The notes below the pieces were generated by a model. That model had not been told where the DNA came from. It was given only the letters and a program-made list of their open reading frames with translations, and ran no database searches. Position numbers and translations under genes: made by a program. 64,000 nt of DNA from a virus (taxonomy: Duplodnaviria > Heunggongvirae > Uroviricota > Caudoviricetes): positions 190,911 to 254,910 of the IMG/VR virus record IMGVR_UViG_3300028602_000005. One strand, 5' to 3'. Of the stretch, positions 8,706-16,425 are shown one piece after another. Within the stretch, counting starts at the first letter, position 1. Every line of letters begins with the position of its first letter.

Positions 8706-11322
8706 AACCTACTGCCCAACTTTCTTTTTCTGGAACACTTTGGATACTATAAAATATCGGTTTAATCTTATTTCTATTTGGATGCAATCTCCATTTTATT
8801 CTTCCAACCCACATTAACTGCGCTACAATACACTCTATATGAACAAAATTAATATCTTTACTTGAATTATAAATATTAAATAATTTTGAAACAAATAAAG
8901 GTAAATTTTCGTGAACTTTTTCAGGAGTTTTAATATGTAATAATTTTGAAACTTGAGATAAATTATCTATAATATCTGTTTGCATCATATTTGAATTTTC
9001 TTCATGCATAACAGCAACGCCAGATGTATGAAATACTCTCAATATTAATTGAGTATTTATTTCACCCAAACTTTGTGCGGCAATTACTCCTATGAAAGGA
9101 CTGTGTAATTTTTCATGTAGTCTGCCATAACATTTATCGCAAATTTTTTCATTTTGACAATAAATAGGACTTCTTAAATTTATTTTCTTTTTTATTATTT
9201 CTTTATAATTTTCATTTGTAATTTCAATTAAAATTTTACCATCTGAATAAAACCTTCCAATTAACATTTCAGCTTGTTTTTTATTTTCTATTTTTATTTT
9301 GAGATAATCAGTAGTTCCACAATCAGAAGGACTTTTATCTTTCATTAAATTTATAGCTGTAAATATTAATTTTCTAGATTGATACCCAGATGTTCCGGTA
9401 TTTATAGCAACATCAAGAAGACCTTTTCTACATCCATATGTAGATATGAAAAATTCTCTTTCTGTTAAACCATCTAATAAACTGTTTTTTACAGGTTCTT
9501 TTAAAATTTTACCTTCGAAATTTGAAATAAACCCTCTTGTTAAGAGAACTTGTCTAGCTTGATCCCATTTTCCTCTCGCTCCAGAATATATCAAATATGA
9601 AAAATCACAATTATCTTTAACTATATTTTCAATGTCTTTTCTTGACACATTCATAACTTGTTTAGAAATTTCTTCTTCACTATAAATACTATCTCTTAAA
9701 AAATTTAATTCATTACTACTTAAATTTATCAAATCTAATGAAATTGTTGATCCATATAAAGTCGCATATTTAAAACCCATATCTTTTATATTATCAAGAA
9801 CTTTTGAAGTAACATCAGATGAATAAGAATTTTTAATTTTATTTAATAAATCTAATAATTTATTTTTATCTACCACTTCATTTATAACTTCATAATCTTC
9901 TGGAAGACATCTATTAAATAATTCTCTACCTTTAGTAATTTCCACACCTTTAAAATTAACCTTTTCATTTAATTTATTTATTTTATTATTAGTTAATAAA
10001 TATACTCCCAAAACAATATCTTGACTAGGTGTTAATGTTAAATCTTGATTTGCTGGATGAAATAAATTCTTTGAAGGGAGGAATTTTTCCAGAATCTCAT
10101 TTTTAGTTTTTTCAGAAACTGGAATATATACTGCCATTTGATCCCCATCAAAATCTGCATTATATGGTGAACAAACTAGTGGGTGAATTTTTATAACATT
10201 ATCATGAGAAAGTTTTATTTTAAAACCTAAAATACTTAATCTGTGAAGTGATGGTTGTCTATTTAATAAACAAACTTCATTTTCTATAATCTCTTCACAT
10301 ATAGGATATAATTCATAATTTTTAGAATCAATACAATTTTCTATATAATTGAGTGCTCTTGGTAATTGACCAAATCTTCCCAATTGAAGTAGTCTTTTCG
10401 CAACTTGAACTTTAAATAATTCTAAAACCATAAAATATGGTAAAACACATTCATCTAAATTTAAGCTTGGATCTGCTGATATAACTGCTCTACCTGAAAA
10501 ATCTATTCTCTTACCTAAAATATTTCCCCTTAATAAACCTTCTTTCTTTGGAAATTTTTCTATTATATGTTCATACAATTCAAATATATCTTTTTGAAAT
10601 TGTCTAAAATAATTATAATATAAAGTTTTATCATTAATAATATCTATAATAGTAGATTTTAAAGATTCTTTTTTAATTAGTAATTGCATATAATATTTAT
10701 TAATTTTATCAACTATTTGATTCTCAACAATAGCTGCTCTAGTGGAAGGTCTTAACTCAGGGGGAAGGACAATTATTTTATTTATTAAAAAATTATCTAT
10801 ATTATCTAAAAACATTTTCCAATCAGGACTTTTAGTTTCAGCATAAACATCTAAAGCTAAAATTTTTACAAATTCAAAAATAGCATCTGTTCGTTCCCAT
10901 ACTTTTATACTTAAATCGTTAGGTCTTTCATTTGAAACATATAAACCATCTTTATCTTTACATAAAAAACTTTTCTCATCTTTCATTAATTTATTTAAAA
11001 ATTCTTTAACACTATTTCCAGCTAAATTAATAAATAAATCATACATTATAGGATTAACAACTTTCATTGGTAGAACTATTTTGGCAAACCTTCTTCTTCT
11101 TTCAGAACTAGAAGATATTACCATTTTACAAACAGGACACTTTTCGCCTTCTCTAGATTTACCAAAATAAGTACCACATTCACAAGTATAACTCTTCAAA
11201 GGACCAAAAATTTTCTCAGAATATAAACCATTTGGATCAAATTTATTTTTTGAAAGTATTTTTATTGAAGATACTTCTGGTAAATTCTCACAGAATTCTT
11301 CAACATTTAAAATTTTCAGCAT
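8593..11322 (-). CDS. rpoC: DNA-directed RNA polymerase beta' subunit (set 1)
   Basis: Zn ribbon CECG..CPVC, LGKRIDFSGRAVI, NRQPSLH, catalytic NADFDGDQM, TGTSGYQSRKL, TQLILRVFHTSG, HIECIVAQL. Confidence 0.95.
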   Translation of the reverse strand: MLKILNVEEFCENLPEVSSIKILSKNKFDPNGLYSEKIFGPLKSYTCECGTYFGKSREGEKCPVCKMVISSSSERRRRFAKIVLPMKVVNPIMYDLFINLAGNSVKEFLNKLMKDEKSFLCKDKDGLYVSNERPNDLSIKVWERTDAIFEFVKILALDVYAETKSPDWKMFLDNIDNFLINKIIVLPPELRPSTRAAIVENQIVDKINKYYMQLLIKKESLKSTIIDIINDKTLYYNYFRQFQKDIFELYEHIIEKFPKKEGLLRGNILGKRIDFSGRAVISADPSLNLDECVLPYFMVLELFKVQVAKRLLQLGRFGQLPRALNYIENCIDSKNYELYPICEEIIENEVCLLNRQPSLHRLSILGFKIKLSHDNVIKIHPLVCSPYNADFDGDQMAVYIPVSEKTKNEILEKFLPSKNLFHPANQDLTLTPSQDIVLGVYLLTNNKINKLNEKVNFKGVEITKGRELFNRCLPEDYEVINEVVDKNKLLDLLNKIKNSYSSDVTSKVLDNIKDMGFKYATLYGSTISLDLINLSSNELNFLRDSIYSEEEISKQVMNVSRKDIENIVKDNCDFSYLIYSGARGKWDQARQVLLTRGFISNFEGKILKEPVKNSLLDGLTEREFFISTYGCRKGLLDVAINTGTSGYQSRKLIFTAINLMKDKSPSDCGTTDYLKIKIENKKQAEMLIGRFYSDGKILIEITNENYKEIIKKKINLRSPIYCQNEKICDKCYGRLHEKLHSPFIGVIAAQSLGEINTQLILRVFHTSGVAVMHEENSNMMQTDIIDNLSQVSKLLHIKTPEKVHENLPLFVSKLFNIYNSSKDINFVHIECIVAQLMWVGRIKWRLHPNRNKIKPIFYSIQSVPEKESWAVGFGFSNPKKSMLDGLKENEYNYYGKYDQMVFGENVCNE

Positions 11323-11331
11323 TGTTTCTCC

Positions 11332-11589
11332 TTATAATTTAATATCATTAAGAGTAATTTCCTTTTTTCTTTCAGTATCTGAAAGAATTTTCAAAAAGAA
11401 TTCATTAATTTGTTTATTTACTTCTTCTTCAACCTTTTTATTTAAATAGTCATTAAAACATTCAACTATTTCCTTTGCTTTTTCTTTGTTTAACTCTTCA
11501 TTTAGTTTTGTAACTAATTGTTTGATTTCTTCATATAAATCAATTTCAAATTTATTAAATACTTTAGATAAAGTTTCTTTATCATTCAT
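11332..11589 (-). CDS. hypothetical helical protein
   Basis: 85-aa ORF directly upstream of rpoC. Confidence 0.6.
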   Translation of the reverse strand: MNDKETLSKVFNKFEIDLYEEIKQLVTKLNEELNKEKAKEIVECFNDYLNKKVEEEVNKQINEFFLKILSDTERKKEITLNDIKL

Positions 11590-11785
11590 CTTCCTTTTTA
11601 ATATCCTCCTTTTCTATTTCTTTAATATTTAGGATTTCATTTAAGGATTTATTTACATCACTTTTTAAATTATTAAATAATTTATCAACCGTTTTTACAA
11701 TTATTGGTGATATTTCTTTTAAAAATTCTTTTGTTGTTTTTTCAACTACTTTTATTAATACATCATTTATAATCTTCATTTTCAA
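11582..11785 (-). CDS. hypothetical protein
   Basis: 67-aa ORF overlapping neighbours, GGAGG RBS. Confidence 0.55.
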   Translation of the reverse strand: MKMKIINDVLIKVVEKTTKEFLKEISPIIVKTVDKLFNNLKSDVNKSLNEILNIKEIEKEDIKKEDE

Positions 11786-12140
11786 ATATTACCTCCAACC
11801 AGGGTCTAAAATAACAGTCGTCATAATTGAATATTCTTAAAAAATATTCAATCTTATTACATATTTCATCTAAATTTTCTACTTCAACTACTTCTTCATA
11901 AATATTATCAGGAAAACAAAATTCATTAGTTTCTGGATTTGCATTTGGGTGTCTACAATCTAAAAAAACATTTTTTATTTTTAAATCATCTGAAAGAATA
12001 ATAGTATATGAATTAATTACAAAATCTTCAGTTAATGATTTAATATTTTTAATTCTACGATTATCTATAACTTTTGTAGGAACTATTCTCTTATCCACTA
12101 TAATTTTTCTAAATTCTCTTAATTTCGCTTTCAGCATCAC
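11763..12140 (-). CDS. putative E2/UBC-like protein
   Basis: HPN-x8-C (HPNANPETNEFCF) resembles the UBC HPN-x7-C signature; 4-nt overlap with the ThiF gene. Confidence 0.5.
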   Translation of the reverse strand: MMLKAKLREFRKIIVDKRIVPTKVIDNRRIKNIKSLTEDFVINSYTIILSDDLKIKNVFLDCRHPNANPETNEFCFPDNIYEEVVEVENLDEICNKIEYFLRIFNYDDCYFRPWLEVIFENEDYK

Positions 12141-13018
12141 GCTGCTCCCGTTTCTGGTATTAACTCTATCATTTTATTTACTTTAGAAAAAGATACTAAA
12201 TAACTTTGATATGGTAAATTTGATTTTTCTATTAAATCACCTAAATATGAAAATATTTCTTCTTCTTCTTTAAAAAATTTAGAATCTACTTTTCTATGGT
12301 AAAAATAAGCTTCTCTATCACCAATATAGATATTTATATCATTTTTATTATTTTCTATTAATATATTTTTAGAATTATCGATTAAATCAGGAAATAAATC
12401 AAAATATTTTTTATCTGAATCTAATATTAATTCTTGAGATTTATTGTTTTTATTTATTTTATTGATAATAGATCTACTTATATAATCTAGATCTATTTTA
12501 TGCTGCATACCTTTTTTCATTAAACTATCTATGATTCCACTGAATATAAAATTTGTAACACATAACGCAGCATTTTTCAAGTCATTTTTTTTCAAAATAG
12601 CAGTATATTTACCTTCAATATTTTTATCAAAAATAATATTTTTCCTACAATCTATAATTACATATCTACCTGAAATATAAGTTCTAATATCTATTAAATC
12701 ATTTCTATTATAATTAAAATCTCTTGAATCTATCACTAAATCATATTTATCATCTAAAATAGTTTCATTTTCTATGAATTTTTCATTCATTTTAATAATT
12801 TGAATTTCTTCATTATCTATTTTTATCAATTTTTCCAAAACATCAACTTTATATTTTCCAACATCTTTCTTTTTATATATACTATTTTTTATATTCCTTT
12901 CATCGACAATATCATAATCGATAATTAATATTTTTTCTATACCTTCTGTTTCTGATATAAATTTGGCAATGAAACCTCCAAGAGTTCCAAGTCCAATTAC
13001 TGCAATTTTTTTAAACAC
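12137..13018 (-). CDS. ThiF/E1-like adenylyltransferase (second copy)
   Basis: IAVIGLGTLGG, IDYDIVDERN, DVGKYKVDVL, DLVIDSRD. Confidence 0.85.
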   Translation of the reverse strand: MFKKIAVIGLGTLGGFIAKFISETEGIEKILIIDYDIVDERNIKNSIYKKKDVGKYKVDVLEKLIKIDNEEIQIIKMNEKFIENETILDDKYDLVIDSRDFNYNRNDLIDIRTYISGRYVIIDCRKNIIFDKNIEGKYTAILKKNDLKNAALCVTNFIFSGIIDSLMKKGMQHKIDLDYISRSIINKINKNNKSQELILDSDKKYFDLFPDLIDNSKNILIENNKNDINIYIGDREAYFYHRKVDSKFFKEEEEIFSYLGDLIEKSNLPYQSYLVSFSKVNKMIELIPETGAA

Positions 13019-13036
13019 TTATAAAAATCCTCCACA

Positions 13037-13303
13037 TTAAATTATAGTAATTTTTTCATTTTTTGACATTTCCTTCGCTTTTTCGCATATTTCATCCAAT
13101 TCATCTTTTAATAAATAAATTTCTTTTAAAGATAATCTACCCAACTTCAAAAATTTTTCATCTCCATCATTTATGTTTTTTCTTGAAAGTTGAATCTTTG
13201 GATCACCATTATTATATGACATAATAGAAATATCTATAAAAGAATTTTCCGAAACTTCTATTGTTTTTTTAAATAAACAAACATCTTTTGATTTATCGAA
13301 CAC
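13037..13303 (-). CDS. PC4-like nucleic-acid-binding protein
   Basis: ISIMSYNNGDPKIQLSRK...KLGRLSLKE pattern recognised as PC4-like. Confidence 0.55.
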   Translation of the reverse strand: MFDKSKDVCLFKKTIEVSENSFIDISIMSYNNGDPKIQLSRKNINDGDEKFLKLGRLSLKEIYLLKDELDEICEKAKEMSKNEKITII

Positions 13304-13331
13304 GAAAAAAAATCTCCTTTTTAAATTTAAT

Positions 13332-13368
13332 AATCCATAGATGAAGAATATATCTTCATCTATGGATT
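13332..13368 (-). terminator. hairpin / probable terminator
   Basis: Perfect 16-bp inverted repeat AATCCATAGATGAAGA/TCTTCATCTATGGATT in intergenic DNA. Confidence 0.7.
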
Positions 13369-13377
13369 TTATATTAT

Positions 13378-13917
13378 TTACTTACTTGAAATATATATTT
13401 CTGAATTTGTTGGGGTTGGCATATAATAAGCTTTATAAGGAAAAATAGAAGCTAATAATACCATTGGATAATATTGAGGAATTTCAACATTTAGATATGG
13501 CTCTCTTTTTAAAACTTCAATTTCATTGTTTTTTACAGGAATAAATTTTATTTTATAATTTAAACCACTTTCGTTTAAATTTTTTACCAAATTTTGAATT
13601 TCATCAGAAGAATCAAATTTAAATAATTTATTTAAAATGCGATTTCTTCTATTCATTATATTTACAAGATTTATAACAGAGTTATTTTTTTCGTTTTTAT
13701 AAGCGTCATAAGCTCTTGAAAATGATCTACCTCTTCCTTCCACTTTATGATGGTTATCTAAAATTGATCTAATAGAGATTCCTCTTGAAACAATTCGATC
13801 ACCTACAATTAAAAGGCATACGGTAGCATATGCTCCGAGAATTGGTGATCTTAGATAATAAAATTTTGCCTTATCTACACCAATTTCCTTACATTTCTCA
13901 TTAATATCAACCTTCAT
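13378..13917 (-). CDS. hypothetical protein
   Basis: 179-aa ORF with AGAGGA RBS, flanked by hairpins. Confidence 0.65.
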   Translation of the reverse strand: MKVDINEKCKEIGVDKAKFYYLRSPILGAYATVCLLIVGDRIVSRGISIRSILDNHHKVEGRGRSFSRAYDAYKNEKNNSVINLVNIMNRRNRILNKLFKFDSSDEIQNLVKNLNESGLNYKIKFIPVKNNEIEVLKREPYLNVEIPQYYPMVLLASIFPYKAYYMPTPTNSEIYISSK

Positions 13918-13946
13918 AATACAATCCTCTTTCTTTTTATATTATA

Positions 13947-13970
13947 GGGGGTAGTTAAAAAACTACCCCC
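13947..13970 (-). terminator. probable intrinsic terminator after the Ubl gene
   Basis: 10-bp GC-rich stem GGGGGTAGTT/AACTACCCCC. Confidence 0.7.
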
Positions 13971-13988
13971 ATAAATATTCCCTAAATA

Positions 13989-14471
13989 TTAACCCTTCTG
14001 GCCAGAAGGACGAACAAATTCAACCTTATCTTCTGACTTAAGGATTTCTGAACCCTTAACAATCTTCCCATTGAGAACGATTGTAGAAGCAGGATTAATA
14101 TTAAGAATATCCTTAAGAACAGCAAAACCCTCTTCAATAGACATTCCACTGAGAGGATATTCACCAACGAATGCTCCATAAGAAACAAAAACATTCTTAC
14201 TGTATTTCATTCCATCAGGCGCATTTTCATCCTTAAGAGTAGCATTGACGCTAACTGAAACAACTTTAGGCATTCCTGTGCTTACAACAGTTGCCGCTGT
14301 TTCTTTCGCAGGACCATCTGCTGAACGCAACACTGTATCTTGAGATGAAATAATTTTTGAAATAATTTCACTCTTTGTCATTTTTGATGCATTGGGAATG
14401 TTCTTCTGAAGACATATTACTCTTAATTCTCTTGTGGTCTTGTTTTCCAGTTCTACTTGTGTGTAATTCAT
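13989..14471 (-). CDS. ubiquitin-like (beta-grasp) protein with N-terminal Rho-N/HeH-like domain
   Basis: N-terminal LENKTTRELRVIC..NIPNASKMTKSEIISKI; C-terminal ThiS-like IVLNGKIV..ILKSEDKVEFVRPSGQKG ending in Gly; adjacent to E1 and JAB genes. Confidence 0.85.
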   Translation of the reverse strand: MNYTQVELENKTTRELRVICLQKNIPNASKMTKSEIISKIISSQDTVLRSADGPAKETAATVVSTGMPKVVSVSVNATLKDENAPDGMKYSKNVFVSYGAFVGEYPLSGMSIEEGFAVLKDILNINPASTIVLNGKIVKGSEILKSEDKVEFVRPSGQKG

Positions 14472-14546
14472 ACTTCGTTTACTCCTTTTTCTCTTTTTTG
14501 GTTTTTTTGGTTTTTAATTACTAATTTAAATTAAAAATATATTCGA

Positions 14547-15254
14547 CTAAATAATTATTTCTCTTCTTATAGCATTTACCCTAACAGTATTTATATCAAA
14601 ATAAATATCATTAGGAATAAAATTGTTTATTTTATTATCCTTTAAACAATTTTTGACATTATAAAAAATAGCACACATCAATATTGCCGCAAAACAATTT
14701 GCAAAATATAATTGCGGTTCAGATTGACTTAATTCTTCACATGACATTTCATGTGGCATTTTTCCAACTGGATTTTCTATTTCTGGATGATAATCCGTAA
14801 TTTTAGGTGTTAAACTATTTCCATTTAATTTTATAAATAGTTGTGCGTTTCCATCTTCATATTCATTCCCACCAGATATTAAAATTACATTATTTAATTT
14901 ACTTGCATGATCTGAAATTAATTTTCTAGTTGGATGATTATCAACGCATATAAAAATTATACAATTATCTTTAATGATAGAATTAATATTATCTTTATTA
15001 ATATAATCATTAAATGATGAAAAACAAATATTTTTAAATTTTCTATTAAGTTCTTCTAGTTTAGATTCAGCTTTATTTTTCATATTTTCAAATACTTGTC
15101 TTTCAAGATTCTTATGTTCGTATGAATCACCATCAATTAATACAATATCAAAACTATCCTTTATTGAATAGTTTATAAATCTTGAAATTTTTTCTGACAA
15201 TTCTGAACCAATACCACCCAAACCGACAATGTATATTTTATCAAAATTATCCAT
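14547..15254 (-). CDS. ThiF/E1 ubiquitin-activating-like enzyme (PRTRC-type)
   Basis: IVGLGGIG, IDGDSYEHKNLERQ, CVDN..TR, SGGNE and the MSCEE candidate catalytic Cys. Confidence 0.9.
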   Translation of the reverse strand: MDNFDKIYIVGLGGIGSELSEKISRFINYSIKDSFDIVLIDGDSYEHKNLERQVFENMKNKAESKLEELNRKFKNICFSSFNDYINKDNINSIIKDNCIIFICVDNHPTRKLISDHASKLNNVILISGGNEYEDGNAQLFIKLNGNSLTPKITDYHPEIENPVGKMPHEMSCEELSQSEPQLYFANCFAAILMCAIFYNVKNCLKDNKINNFIPNDIYFDINTVRVNAIRREIII

Positions 15255-15257
15255 TAA

Positions 15258-16397
15258 TTATTCTCCATTTACAGATTCTAATAAATTTACACTCTCATTC
15301 ATAGTGTTAATGCCGATATCTCCTAAAGATATTTCCGTTAAAGAATCTTGAAACTCCAGAAAATAATCTCTTAAGTAAAATTTTTTTATTTTTTCACTAT
15401 CATTTTTTTTATCTTCTAATTTTAAATTTTCTAAAGTTTCTTCATCAACATAAACACCATTAATTAGAAAATGTTTAACCCATTCACCATTTTTATTTTT
15501 TGCATAATACATTGGTACTGACGGATATTTATTATTACCGTCACCACTTTTATTAATGTAATTATAAATGTTTCTTTCTGGTTTTGAAACTTTACTTAAC
15601 CACAATTTATTAAAATTCTTTTCATTACCATCCAAAATAAAGTTTGTTAAATATCTTTCAATTTTTTTATAAGATTTCTTTTCCTCCTTTCTATCAAATA
15701 AATTTTTATATCCTAAAATCTCTGCATAATTTTCCCACCAAATACTTTCTGAATCTGATTTATAAGAAACTGTTGTATATGGTTCTTCTAATTCAACAAA
15801 TTTTATTCCTTCGATATAATCTTCAGGATTCTTTTTTATTCTTATATTATTAGATACAAGAGAACAAACCACAGACACTTCTTCTTTATTAAGATTACCC
15901 ACTGTTATATGAATACCATCAAAATATTTCTCATCATTTACATCTGTTCCAGAATGAAAAGCTCCGAAATCAGAATGACTATGAATTGAACCTATCAACA
16001 CCAAATTATCATCGTCATCTTTTTCAGTCCTTCCTTCATATTTAACGGAAGCAGATGAGACTTCTTGATCTGGAACATCTAAGCTATATTCTAATGTATT
16101 TATATTTAAATATAACAGAATTACAGATTCAGTTTTATATTTTTCATAAATCGATTTTAAGAAATTAAAAGCTTTCTTCGTTATTTTTGTGGGTATTTTA
16201 GGAATATTTACATTTACACTTGTTTCCATTTTTTCTAAAAATGGAATTTTTTCTACAGGAACTATGCTTTGAATAAATCCCAATTTCTTTTTAAGATAAA
16301 TACCATTTCCATTTATAATGTAACATATATTATTTTCTTCTATTATTTTTTTACACTCTTCACTTCCATCATAAACAACAACCGGAAATAAAATCAT
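15258..16397 (-). CDS. JAB/JAMM metallo-isopeptidase (Prok-JAB)
   Basis: JAMM motif E...GSIHSHSDFGAFHSGTD. Confidence 0.88.
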   Translation of the reverse strand: MILFPVVVYDGSEECKKIIEENNICYIINGNGIYLKKKLGFIQSIVPVEKIPFLEKMETSVNVNIPKIPTKITKKAFNFLKSIYEKYKTESVILLYLNINTLEYSLDVPDQEVSSASVKYEGRTEKDDDDNLVLIGSIHSHSDFGAFHSGTDVNDEKYFDGIHITVGNLNKEEVSVVCSLVSNNIRIKKNPEDYIEGIKFVELEEPYTTVSYKSDSESIWWENYAEILGYKNLFDRKEEKKSYKKIERYLTNFILDGNEKNFNKLWLSKVSKPERNIYNYINKSGDGNNKYPSVPMYYAKNKNGEWVKHFLINGVYVDEETLENLKLEDKKNDSEKIKKFYLRDYFLEFQDSLTEISLGDIGINTMNESVNLLESVNGE

Positions 16398-16425
16398 ATT
16401 TAAAATGTCCTTTCTTCATATTCAA

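Noticed and set aside
13982-14194. Alternative-frame 70-aa ORF inside the Ubl gene (likewise 41990-42307)
   Set aside because: Almost fully overlaps a better-supported gene; no RBS or motif.
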